Assembly: GCA_020723925.1 (NCBI GenBank)
Contig: DYHX01000003.1
Span: 1-52,584, forward strand
Direction: 5' to 3'
Length of the DNA stretch: 52,584 bases
Source of the DNA: Nitrospira japonica
GTDB taxonomy: Bacteria > Nitrospirota > Thermodesulfovibrionia > Thermodesulfovibrionales > DYHX01
Shown: one piece after another, positions 27,223 through 36,180 of the stretch
How positions within the stretch are numbered: position 1 is the stretch's first letter
How the letters are laid out: each line of letters starts with the position of its first letter
Notes under the pieces: generated by a model
Databases searched by the model: none
Seen by the model: the letters and a program-made list of their open reading frames with translations, nothing else
Told to the model about the DNA's origin: nothing
Translations under genes and position numbers: made by a program

Positions 27223-27708
27223 ATGAAAATAGAAGAGCTGAATGTGGATGAAAGGATAGGCAGCGCTGGCGATGTCCTTACAGAGAGCCAGAAAAAGAGG
27301 GGGCTACTGATCCATGCATTCCAGAGTATACAGAAGGAGCACAATTATCTGCCAGAGGATGTTTTGCAACAATTATCAAAGAAACTTGATATACCGCTAT
27401 CTGACGTTTACAGCACAGCCTCTTTTTACAAACACTTCTACTTTAACCCGAGGGGTAAGAACATAGTCTGCGTATGCATGGGCACTGCCTGCCATGTAAG
27501 GGGAGCAGGAAAGGTATTGGAGAAATTGGGGAAAACCTTCGGGGTGAAGGAAGGCGAGACAACTCCTGATTTATCGTTGACCCTTGAGACTGTAGGTTGT
27601 GTCGGCTGTTGCGGACTGGCCCCTGTTGCTACAGTAAATGACGAGGTTGTGGGTGACCTTAGCGCTAAAAAGGTTGATGAGATAATAAAGAAAGTTAAAG
27701 AGGGGTGA
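27223..27708 (+). CDS. NuoE/HydC-like [2Fe-2S] subunit
   Basis: NYLP, ASFY, CMGTACHVRG, ETVGCVGCCGLAP. Confidence 0.92.
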   Translation: MKIEELNVDERIGSAGDVLTESQKKRGLLIHAFQSIQKEHNYLPEDVLQQLSKKLDIPLSDVYSTASFYKHFYFNPRGKNIVCVCMGTACHVRGAGKVLEKLGKTFGVKEGETTPDLSLTLETVGCVGCCGLAPVATVNDEVVGDLSAKKVDEIIKKVKEG

Positions 27709-27709
27709 G

Positions 27710-29596
27710 ATGGGAAAGCTAAAGAGCGCAGAGGATTTGAGAAACCTGAGAAAACTCCTTGAGGATGAGACGTTTAAACCGGGAACCCCGAGGATGAGGG
27801 TCTGCAGCGGTACCGCCTGCACTGCCACAGGCTCACAAAAAGTTGTAAATGCTATACAGGATGAGGCAGCAAGGAGGGGGATAACCCTCGATATTGTAAA
27901 GACAGGCTGCCAGGGTTTTTGCCAGAAAGGGCCTGTCATGAAGGTTGAACCACAGGGGATATTCTATCAGAAGGTTAACCCGGAACACGCCTCATGGCTC
28001 ATTAGCTATACAGTCATCGGAGGGATACCATACAGGCAGGGCCTTTTCAGGGAAAATATTTTGAGCGAACCTATACCTGAGATGACAGATGTACCCTTTT
28101 ATAAGAAACAGGTGAGAATAGTTTTGAAAAACAATGAGCTTATAGACCCACGAAATATCTATCATTATATAGCTGTTGGCGGATATTCAGCCCTGGAGAA
28201 GGCCATTGGCTCCATGACCCCTGATGAGGTATTGAATGAGATAGATAGGGCGAACCTGAGGGGCCGCGGCGGCGCAGGGTTTCCAGCAGGGAAGAAATGG
28301 AGGCACACGAAGAATGCCCCGGGAGAGATAAAGTTTGTAATAGCAAACGGTGATGAAGGAGACCCTGGAGCATTTATGGACAGGTCTGTTATGGAAGGGG
28401 ATCCCCACAGCCTTTTTGAGGGGATGCTCCTCTGCGCGTATGCCATTGGCGCACAATACGGGCTTATCTATGTGAGGCACGAATATCCATTAGCTGTTAA
28501 GAACCTGGGGATTGCAATTAAGCAGGCGGAGGAACTTGGGCTGCTCGGCAAGAATATCCTCGGCAGCAACCTTAGCTTTACCATTGATATAAGGGAAGGC
28601 GCCGGTGCCTTTGTATGCGGTGAATCAACTGCACTTGTTGCATCCATCGAGGGTGAGAGGGGATTCCCAAGGCCGAGACCCCCGAGGCTTTCCGAACCAG
28701 GCGGTGGGGTATGGGGTTATCCGAGTAATTTGAATAATATAGAGACATATGCATGTGTGCCTCCTATAATCGAGAGAGGGGCTGATTGGTTTCGAAGCAT
28801 TGGCACAGAGAATTCTCCAGGCACAAAGGTCTTTGCCCTTACAGGCAAGGTTAAAAACACAGGGCTTGTTGAGGTTCCGATGGGGATAACCCTCAGGGAG
28901 ATTGTTTTTGATATCGGCGGCGGTATTACGGGAGGCAAAAAGTTCAAGGCTGTGCAGACCGGTGGGCCTTCTGGAGGCTGCCTGCCTGCAGAATACCTTA
29001 ACCTGTCTGTGGATTTCGATTCCCTTACAAAGGTTGGCTCTATGATGGGCTCAGGCGGTATGGTCGTCATGGATGAGGACAACTGCATAGTCGATGTTGC
29101 AAAGTTTTTCCTCTCATTCACACAGTCAGAGTCCTGTGGCAAGTGTCCTCCGTGCAGAATAGGCACATCACAGATGCTCGAAATCCTCGAAAAAATAACT
29201 TCAGGACAGGGAGAAGAGGGCGATATCGAACGACTTGAGAAGATAGGAAGGCTTGTCCATGACGGCTCTCTCTGTGGTCTTGGCCAGAGCGCACCGAACC
29301 CTGTGCTTTCTACAATAAAATATTTCAGAGAAGAATACGAAGAACACATATATGATAAATATTGTAGGGCAAAGGCATGTAGCGGTCTTGGCATGTTCAG
29401 GATAGACAATGATGAATGCTTCCTTTGCGGGCTCTGCAAGCAGGCGTGTGCATTCGATGCTGTAAAAGAGACAAAGGATAAATTTTTTATAGATCAAGAC
29501 TACTGCACAAAATGCAAGGCGTGTTACCCTGCATGCCCGATAGGGGCGGTGAAAATAGAAAAACAAGCAAGAAAAAGTGTCAGTGTCAGTGAATAG
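27710..29596 (+). CDS. NuoF/HydB-like FMN/NAD(P)H-binding subunit with N-terminal [2Fe-2S] and C-terminal 2x[4Fe-4S]
   Basis: CSGTAC..GCQGFC; LRGRGGAGFP; NGDEGDPGAFMD; GAFVCGE; QTGGPSGGC; ESCGKCPPCR..SLCGLG; EHIYDKYCRAKAC; two CxxCxxCxxxC motifs. Confidence 0.94.
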   Translation: MGKLKSAEDLRNLRKLLEDETFKPGTPRMRVCSGTACTATGSQKVVNAIQDEAARRGITLDIVKTGCQGFCQKGPVMKVEPQGIFYQKVNPEHASWLISYTVIGGIPYRQGLFRENILSEPIPEMTDVPFYKKQVRIVLKNNELIDPRNIYHYIAVGGYSALEKAIGSMTPDEVLNEIDRANLRGRGGAGFPAGKKWRHTKNAPGEIKFVIANGDEGDPGAFMDRSVMEGDPHSLFEGMLLCAYAIGAQYGLIYVRHEYPLAVKNLGIAIKQAEELGLLGKNILGSNLSFTIDIREGAGAFVCGESTALVASIEGERGFPRPRPPRLSEPGGGVWGYPSNLNNIETYACVPPIIERGADWFRSIGTENSPGTKVFALTGKVKNTGLVEVPMGITLREIVFDIGGGITGGKKFKAVQTGGPSGGCLPAEYLNLSVDFDSLTKVGSMMGSGGMVVMDEDNCIVDVAKFFLSFTQSESCGKCPPCRIGTSQMLEILEKITSGQGEEGDIERLEKIGRLVHDGSLCGLGQSAPNPVLSTIKYFREEYEEHIYDKYCRAKACSGLGMFRIDNDECFLCGLCKQACAFDAVKETKDKFFIDQDYCTKCKACYPACPIGAVKIEKQARKSVSVSE

Positions 29597-29767
29597 TGTC
29601 AGTAAGAATTTTACTAAGAAGACCACAAGTAAGGCGACATAATTATGTTTGTTTTGTCATCCCGACTTGAACGGGATCATTCTTCAAGAAGGATTCCTGA
29701 CAAGCAGGAATGACAGAGTGTGGTGCCTTACTTATGACCGTATTTGTAACTGACACTGACACTAACT
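29576..29767. repeat. (GTGTCA) repeat pair enclosing a REP-like palindrome
   Basis: AGTGTCAGTGTCAGTGAATAGTGTCAG (29576-29602), inner TGTCATCCCGACTTG...CAAGCAGGAATGACA (about 29655-29715), then ACTGACACTGACACTAACT. Confidence 0.75.
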
Positions 29768-29776
29768 GGAGGCAAG

Positions 29777-30367
29777 ATGACAGAGCAGAAGGAAAAAAAG
29801 GTTGAGGACATAAAGAAAGAGGCAGAGGCAACAAAAAAATGCCCTGTCAACAAGGCCTTTTACTACATAGATGAGTTTCTGTCCGGCCCAATGTGCGGTA
29901 AATGCCTGCCGTGTTCTCTTGGGAGTTATGAGGCAAGGATTCGCCTTGATAATATAGTTCAAGGGAAAGGCGCAGAGGTTGACCTATACGCCCTGAAGAG
30001 GATTGCAAATGAGATGCTTGAAGGCTCCATGTGCAAGAAAGGCAAGGATACAGCTAAATTTATACTTGACTGGATGAGTACAGATGTTTATAGGGAGCAT
30101 ATTGAAGGAAAGTGCCCTGAGATGGAATGCCTTGCCCTCATAGAATACAGGATTATTCCCGAAAGATGCATTATGTGTGGGGACTGCCAGGAGGTTTGCA
30201 AGTATAATGCGATTATGGGTGAGAAGAAGGTGACGTATCTTTCAGGGTATCTGCCTTTTGAGATAAGGCAGAAGAGGTGCACCAAATGTGGTGAGTGCGT
30301 AAAAGTCTGCCCGACAGCGTCAATTGTGATTGTTGATGTAAAAAGTAAAGAGCTTGTTGGAGTATAA
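29777..30367 (+). CDS. Stand-alone Fe-S protein equivalent to the C-terminal half of NuoF/HydB ([4Fe-4S] N3-type domain + 2x[4Fe-4S])
   Basis: CPV..MCGKCLPCSLG..SMCKKG..EHIEGKCPEMEC, then CIMCGDCQEVC and CTKCGECVKVCP; GGAGG RBS. Confidence 0.85.
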   Translation: MTEQKEKKVEDIKKEAEATKKCPVNKAFYYIDEFLSGPMCGKCLPCSLGSYEARIRLDNIVQGKGAEVDLYALKRIANEMLEGSMCKKGKDTAKFILDWMSTDVYREHIEGKCPEMECLALIEYRIIPERCIMCGDCQEVCKYNAIMGEKKVTYLSGYLPFEIRQKRCTKCGECVKVCPTASIVIVDVKSKELVGV

Positions 30368-30376
30368 CTTTAAAAT

Positions 30377-30452
30377 TGTCACCCTGAACTTGTTTCAGGG
30401 TCTAATAAATTAAAATTGATTATTAAGATGCTGAAACGAGTTCAGCATGACA
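30377..30452. repeat. REP-like inverted palindromic pair
   Basis: TGTCACCCTGAACTTGTTTCAGGGTCT ... AGATGCTGAAACGAGTTCAGCATGACA. Confidence 0.75.
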
Positions 30453-30470
30453 TTAATAGGGGAGGCATAG

Positions 30471-32498
30471 ATGGCAAATATGGTAAAACTCACAATAGAT
30501 GGTAAAGAGATTTGTGCTCCTGAAGGGATGAACCTCGTAGAGGCTGCTGAGGCTACTGGCATTCATATTCCAAACCTCTGCTACCTGAAAGGCATGAAGG
30601 GTATAGGTGCATGCAGGATGTGTCTTGTTGAGGTAGAAGGTATGAAAGGTCCAATGATAGCATGCACAATGAAGGTCAAAGAGGGCATGGTTATCAACAC
30701 AAAGACAGAAAAGGTTCAAGAAGTTCGTAAATTTGTCATAGACCTTATTCTCTCGATGCATCCACTTGACTGTATGACCTGCACAAAGGCAGGGGTATGT
30801 AACCTCCAGAAGTATGCATATGACTTTGAGATAAAAGAGTCAAGTTTCACAAGGAAGAAGTTTGGATATCCAGTTGATGAGGCAAACCCATTCATAAAGC
30901 GTGACCCCGACTACTGCATACTCTGCGGAAAATGCGTTCGTATCTGTAAAGAGCAGGGGACAAAAGTCCTCGAGTTTATGGGAAGGGGTGTTGGCTCAAA
31001 GGTTACAACAGCAAATGATAAGCCTCTTCAGGAATCGGGCTGCACATTTTGTGGAAGTTGCGTGGATGCATGCCCTGTTAATGCCCTTCTTGAGGCTGAC
31101 AGATGGAGGAAGGGAAGGGAATGGGAATATGAGAAGGTAGGTTCTGTGTGTCTTTCATGCGGTAATGCATGTGATATAACAGTCAGCGTGCATGACAATG
31201 AGGTAGCAAAGATAAACGCAGGTGCGCCAGAGGGTTCTATTGAACAATACATATGTGCAATAGGGAGATTCGGTTTTGACTGCATGAAGAGTGAGACGAG
31301 GCTCACATCTCCGATGAAGAGGGTGGGTAACGAACTCAAGGAGACAACATGGGAGGATGCCATCGAAACAGTTGCAAAGGAACTGAAGAAGGCTGGTGAA
31401 AATGCAGGATTTATATCAACAGCAGGAATCCTGAATGAAGATGCTCTTACCCTAAAGAAATTCGCATCGGATGCTGTAAAGACAAAGAATGTCGATACAA
31501 CTGCAAGCCTTTACGGAGATGCAGATACATTAATATCAGGAAGTGCAAAGCTTGATTCAGCAGACCTCTTTGTACTTGTGGATTTAAATCCAAGCCAATG
31601 GGACAGGGTACTGCCTGCAATTGATGCTGTCATCAGAAGAAGGATTAATGCAGGTGCAAAACTGATTGTCATTAATTCTTCAGAGCCGAAGGTTGCATCT
31701 GTGGCAACGGTAAATCTTATTGAGAACGAGTCGTCAGCCCTTATGTCCCTTGCAAAGGCACTTATTGATAAAGGCTTGACAGGCGATAAAAAGCTCGCAT
31801 CAGCAGTTTCAAATGCATCAGTTACAGAGGCAGTGGAAAAGGCAGCAACACTTTATATGGAGGCAAAGAATCCTGTGATACTCACATCTCCTGCAATGTA
31901 TCCTGCTGCTGCCAATATCAGCCTCTTAAAGGGCGTAGCAGTATCAGTGCCTGTTGAGTCCAATGCAAAGGGTGTAATTTTAATGGGACTCACAACAGAG
32001 GGAAAGACATACAAGGAGATGGTCTCAGGCGGCATGAATGTCCTCTATGCTGCTGGTGAGATACCCGCCCTGAAGTCAGAGGTCAGGGCGAATGTGGATT
32101 TCCTGATTGTTCAGAACTCTCATCTTTCAGAGCTTGCAAAGCAGGCAGATATTGTCCTGCCATCGGCAACCTTCCTTGAGGCAGAAGGCAGCATTGTGGA
32201 TTACCTTGGAAGGCTCAAGTATGTGCTTAAGGCTGTCGAGCCAGCAGGCGAGGCAAAACAGCACAGGAATATTTTTATAGAACTCTCAAAGGCGATGGGC
32301 AGTCCGATAAAAGAACCAAAAGAAACTGAGATAAAGAAGGCAATGAAAATAAAGGCAAAGCCATCGTTCAGCCCATTTAAGAAGAAAGAGGGGCTTGATA
32401 TATCCCCGAATGAGATGATCGAGTCTATCAACGCATCTGTGATCAATGGCTCAAGGCTCCTCTGGCTCAAGGAAACAGAGAAAACCGTTACAGTTTGA
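30471..32498 (+). CDS. NuoG/HydA-N-terminus-like Fe-S subunit with degenerate molybdopterin-oxidoreductase C-terminal fold
   Basis: [2Fe-2S] (LCY..GACRMC..AC), His-ligated cluster HPLDCMTC, CILCGKCVRIC, CTFCGSCVDACP, CLSCGNAC..CAIGR; ADIVLP..EAEGS tail; no H-cluster motifs seen. Confidence 0.85.
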   Translation: MANMVKLTIDGKEICAPEGMNLVEAAEATGIHIPNLCYLKGMKGIGACRMCLVEVEGMKGPMIACTMKVKEGMVINTKTEKVQEVRKFVIDLILSMHPLDCMTCTKAGVCNLQKYAYDFEIKESSFTRKKFGYPVDEANPFIKRDPDYCILCGKCVRICKEQGTKVLEFMGRGVGSKVTTANDKPLQESGCTFCGSCVDACPVNALLEADRWRKGREWEYEKVGSVCLSCGNACDITVSVHDNEVAKINAGAPEGSIEQYICAIGRFGFDCMKSETRLTSPMKRVGNELKETTWEDAIETVAKELKKAGENAGFISTAGILNEDALTLKKFASDAVKTKNVDTTASLYGDADTLISGSAKLDSADLFVLVDLNPSQWDRVLPAIDAVIRRRINAGAKLIVINSSEPKVASVATVNLIENESSALMSLAKALIDKGLTGDKKLASAVSNASVTEAVEKAATLYMEAKNPVILTSPAMYPAAANISLLKGVAVSVPVESNAKGVILMGLTTEGKTYKEMVSGGMNVLYAAGEIPALKSEVRANVDFLIVQNSHLSELAKQADIVLPSATFLEAEGSIVDYLGRLKYVLKAVEPAGEAKQHRNIFIELSKAMGSPIKEPKETEIKKAMKIKAKPSFSPFKKKEGLDISPNEMIESINASVINGSRLLWLKETEKTVTV

Positions 32499-32592
32499 GT
32501 AAGGCTAAGAATCTGAAAGCAAAAATATTTTAGCCACTATTCAATAGTCAATAACAACTACGGGGTTTATATTGTCCTCCTTCATTTTGCAT

Positions 32593-33810
32593 TTAATGGT
32601 TAGTTTCCTTAAGCGGCAGAAATTTTACTCCGAATGTGTATAACAATGCAAAGAGGGCAGTTATCCCCAGCGTAATAACAATCTCAAAGAATGTCGGGAA
32701 ATATGAAGGAAGCCCTTCTTTTAATACCGGAAGCACCTGTCCTGCTGTGACGAAATTATATCTCATCACGAATAAACCCATGAGAACGAGCAGTGAGCTA
32801 ACAAATATTCCACGATGTGTTACCTTTGGAGTTAGAAGTATTATTATCGGAATAATCGTTCCAAGCAGTATTTCAAAGACATAGAAAGAAAAGCTGAATG
32901 GTCCATTTATCAGCAACATAATTGAGTTTATCTTTTCAGGGTTATTTACGCTTGAAAAGATCATCCATGAGTTAAACAAAAGCCCCATAGAAAGCATCAG
33001 GGCCAATAATTTGCCAAGCTCACATATTAATCTACTTAGTTTATCACCAATCTCTTCCCCTCTTATCCAGTATGTAAGGATTGTGATGAACAGAAAGAAG
33101 GAAAGCCCTGAAAATGTTGCTGATAGAACAAAATAAGCAGGGTAGAACGCACCATACCAGAGTGATCTCGCCTCTGTGTGCGCAAAGACTGCACCGAGTG
33201 TGCTTACTGCCGCGAGTCCTGTAACGAATGCTGATCCTCCTGCTGCCTTTGCAAGTTTATGGTCAAGGTGAACCGACCTTTCGGATTCATCCTTCCTTCC
33301 AAAAACGAGCAGGCTATAAAATACCTGTTTGTATCCTGTTGAGGTGTTGGCAATCTTTGCCATATCAGCCCTCGCAAGTAACAGGTATTCTATAATCACA
33401 AAAAGCAGATATACAGAATAGAAGAACCCCATCCACAATATACCTGACTTGAGGTTGGGGCTTAAATACACATAGACAAATGCCCTCTCTACATGTCCAA
33501 GATGAAGGAGGATTGCTAAAAGACCTGACATAATAGCTATTGAGGCAAAGAATACACCCCTTTTGCTTATTAATTCATATCTTTTGATGCCAAAGACATG
33601 CCCTAACGATGTTATAACACACATGCCTGAACCTGATACTACAAAGAAGACATATACAGATACAAGCATTGTCCACGGGATGTGTGTTGATATCTCAAGT
33701 ATCTCCTGACCCTCTACAAAGCTCAACAGAACTACAAATGCCCCAAGGATAATAAAGGCAAGTAGGAAACTCATCCACCAATAAAAAATTGTATCTCTGC
33801 TGGAAATCAT
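32593..33810 (-). CDS. NrfD/PsrC-family quinol oxidoreductase membrane subunit
   Basis: About 10 TM helices; IPWTMLVSVYVFF, HLGHVER, SPNLKSGILWM, RSLW, RYNFVTAGQ. Confidence 0.9.
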   Translation of the reverse strand: MISSRDTIFYWWMSFLLAFIILGAFVVLLSFVEGQEILEISTHIPWTMLVSVYVFFVVSGSGMCVITSLGHVFGIKRYELISKRGVFFASIAIMSGLLAILLHLGHVERAFVYVYLSPNLKSGILWMGFFYSVYLLFVIIEYLLLARADMAKIANTSTGYKQVFYSLLVFGRKDESERSVHLDHKLAKAAGGSAFVTGLAAVSTLGAVFAHTEARSLWYGAFYPAYFVLSATFSGLSFFLFITILTYWIRGEEIGDKLSRLICELGKLLALMLSMGLLFNSWMIFSSVNNPEKINSIMLLINGPFSFSFYVFEILLGTIIPIIILLTPKVTHRGIFVSSLLVLMGLFVMRYNFVTAGQVLPVLKEGLPSYFPTFFEIVITLGITALFALLYTFGVKFLPLKETNH

Positions 33811-33819
33811 GCCTCCCCC

Positions 33820-34641
33820 CTATTCTTTGTCACCACTTCCGCGTGAAAAAAGATATAAAACACCCGCAAGTACTGCCCCTGCAAGAAAGCCGGTGGAACT
33901 TATCCTTAGCCTGTCAATGTCCTCGGATACTATTTTTTGTGGTGCAACAATAAGCCCCATTTCTTCGGGAGGAGCCGGCAGGATGGTGATAACATCTGTT
34001 CCCCCTGCCTCCTTCTCTCCAAGTACATAACCTCTGACAAGCTGAGCCTTTACCCTCGCTTTCCTCAGCATCAGGTCTCTGTATCCATAATCCAGTGCCT
34101 CAACAGGACAGGCAGCCACACAGGCGGGTTTGAGTTTTGGTATCCTGTCATAACAGAGATGGCACTTCCTTGTGATTCTCTTATGAAAATCAAATCTTGG
34201 CACCTTAAATGGACATGCCTGATAGCAATACCTGCAGCCTATACACTTTGTCTCGTCTATGACAACAGCGCCTGTTACTGGATTTTTTGTAATGGCGGTT
34301 ACAGGGCATACACCTGCACAGGCAGGTTTTATGCAATTCTGACATTGCCACTTTAAAAATTTCCCTATCTCGCCATTACGGCTGCTCCGAACAAAGTTAA
34401 CCACTGTATAGGTGGTCCCGTCCATATCCCTTACCAGCGTCTCAGGGACTTCGTAGGGTGGAAGTTTATTCCAACGCTTGCAGGCAGACATGCAGCGCCT
34501 GCATCCTATGCACTTGAAGGTATCCATGAGCTTTGCATACCTTCTCTCGCCTGTCTTAGGATTTACGGCGAGCGAGGCAGGCGCCGCGCCCATCAGCTTT
34601 ATAAAATCACGCCTTGTAAGGTTACTGTCTTCCCATGCCAT
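33820..34641 (-). CDS. Tat-exported NrfC/HybA-like 4x[4Fe-4S] protein with C-terminal anchor
   Basis: TRRDFIK twin-arginine motif; CIGCRRCMSAC, CQNCIKPACAGVCP, CIGCRYCYQACP, KCHLC..PACVAACP; start reassigned to ATG 34641 (GGAGA upstream). Confidence 0.9.
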   Translation of the reverse strand: MAWEDSNLTRRDFIKLMGAAPASLAVNPKTGERRYAKLMDTFKCIGCRRCMSACKRWNKLPPYEVPETLVRDMDGTTYTVVNFVRSSRNGEIGKFLKWQCQNCIKPACAGVCPVTAITKNPVTGAVVIDETKCIGCRYCYQACPFKVPRFDFHKRITRKCHLCYDRIPKLKPACVAACPVEALDYGYRDLMLRKARVKAQLVRGYVLGEKEAGGTDVITILPAPPEEMGLIVAPQKIVSEDIDRLRISSTGFLAGAVLAGVLYLFSRGSGDKE

Positions 34642-34661
34642 TTCCGTATCTCCATTCTTGT

Positions 34662-34734
34662 TTGTCATCGCGAGGCTGACAAAGTCAGCCAAAGCAATCT
34701 CAAGACGAGATTTCTCGCTTCGCTCGGAATGACA
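34662..34734. repeat. REP-like palindromic element
   Basis: TGTCATCGCGAGGCTGACAAAGTCAGCCAAAGCAATCTC ... GAGATTTCTCGCTTCGCTCGGAATGACA; outer TGTCAT/ATGACA ends like the elements at 29655 and 30377. Confidence 0.7.
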
Positions 34735-34752
34735 AAAAGTGAGTAATAAAAC

Positions 34753-36165
34753 CTATTTCTTTGGTGCTTCTTCTTTCTTATCTACCTTATCTACAGGTTT
34801 TTCAATTGAAATTGTTACTTTTCCAAGTCCGAATTGTTCTCTCCTTTTGTTTTTAACTGCCTCCACTACCTTCATCATATCTTCGGGCTTGTCTTTTTCA
34901 TGGTAATGGCATGCATTGCAGGAGTTTGGCTGTTTTGCAAGACCGCCGTGTTTAAGGGTTTCAGAAGGGCTTACGAACTTAAATCTGTGGCTGCTTATGT
35001 CAAACTCTGCTTCTCCCCTCTTAACTGCTGTCTGGGAGGTCTTTGGCATGTGACAGCCCCTGCAGTCATTGGTTGTGTGGATGCCGTGGAAACCTTCATT
35101 AGTTATCTTATGGCAATTTAAGCATAATTCATTGGCAGGTGCCTTTAATGAGCCCTTGCTTAGTGCTCCTTTTTGATGCACTGCATGACAGTCCCAGCAG
35201 TTTACACCCGAAAGTGCATGTTTGCTCTTTGCCCAGTCTACATACTGCTGGCGATGCATCTTTGGACTGCCGTCAGGCCACTCGCCAGGTTTTTCGTCAT
35301 AATAGCTCCTTAATACCAAGCCGGGTAGATACCCAGCAGGACCTCCAGAATATTCATAATGTTTCGGACCATAAGGCGATTCCGTGTTCTTTACTGATAC
35401 ACCTCTATTGTGGCACTGTCCACATATCTGAGCAGCACGTTTTGCATCGTGTATCTTTGCAGGATTAACTATGGTCGTGGACTTTAAACCGAGAGGCGCC
35501 TTCAAATGCTCACTTCCCGGCCCATGGCATGACTCACATCCTATCCCGCGTTCTACCAGAGTGGTATCGAATCTATCATTTTTTGCATCATAATTAATCT
35601 TTACTCCAACTGCGTGGCAGCCTGAGCAGTGATACTGCCATGCCCTTCCTTTGTCACTCCAGTATTTGCCGTCTCCGGGCTTCTGTTTTGCAAGACCATG
35701 ATAATCCGTCCATTTCTTTGTCTCCACATTCCACTGAACCGGTAAGACATGGAGTGCGCCGTTTGGGAATTCTGTTAAATATCTCTGCTTCCATGCACCT
35801 CCGATAACATATTTAAGCTCGTATGTTTCTTCTTTACCATCACGACCTATTGTTGTAACATAGTGTTTACCATCTTTTGTAGACATCTTTGTTGTGTAGT
35901 CGCCTGCTTTAAAGGTGTTGTTCTTTGTGAAATCACCGACTACAGTATTTATACTTGCAGGTCTTTCCTGATGGGGATGGAGGGTTGTGAGCCAGCTTTC
36001 ATACTGGTCTTTGTGACAGCCTGCGCACCTCTGTGAGCCTACATATTCAGCCTTTGAAATGGCAGTAATCATCTCATCTGTATATCCAAAAGGTTGCTGT
36101 GTATAAACCATCAGCACAGCAACTACAAGCACTATTGAAAATAATATGACTTTCATATGTTTCAT
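34753..36165 (-). CDS. Periplasmic octaheme cytochrome c (paralog 3)
   Basis: Signal peptide; 8 CxxCH: CAGCH, CSGCH, CESCH, CGQCH, CWDCH, CLNCH, CRGCH, CNACH. Confidence 0.92.
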   Translation of the reverse strand: MKHMKVILFSIVLVVAVLMVYTQQPFGYTDEMITAISKAEYVGSQRCAGCHKDQYESWLTTLHPHQERPASINTVVGDFTKNNTFKAGDYTTKMSTKDGKHYVTTIGRDGKEETYELKYVIGGAWKQRYLTEFPNGALHVLPVQWNVETKKWTDYHGLAKQKPGDGKYWSDKGRAWQYHCSGCHAVGVKINYDAKNDRFDTTLVERGIGCESCHGPGSEHLKAPLGLKSTTIVNPAKIHDAKRAAQICGQCHNRGVSVKNTESPYGPKHYEYSGGPAGYLPGLVLRSYYDEKPGEWPDGSPKMHRQQYVDWAKSKHALSGVNCWDCHAVHQKGALSKGSLKAPANELCLNCHKITNEGFHGIHTTNDCRGCHMPKTSQTAVKRGEAEFDISSHRFKFVSPSETLKHGGLAKQPNSCNACHYHEKDKPEDMMKVVEAVKNKRREQFGLGKVTISIEKPVDKVDKKEEAPKK

Positions 36166-36180
36166 TTCTATAACCTCCCT

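Noticed and set aside
21293-30452. Repeats in the acs operon as a CRISPR array
   Set aside because: Units are 6-8 bp and degenerate, with no constant 25-40 bp repeat and unique spacers; no cas genes.
27223-32498. Respiratory complex I nuoEFG, [FeFe]-hydrogenase or formate dehydrogenase
   Set aside because: No membrane nuo genes nearby, no H-cluster motifs, and no recognisable Mo/W-ligating Cys/Sec or in-frame TGA in the large subunit.
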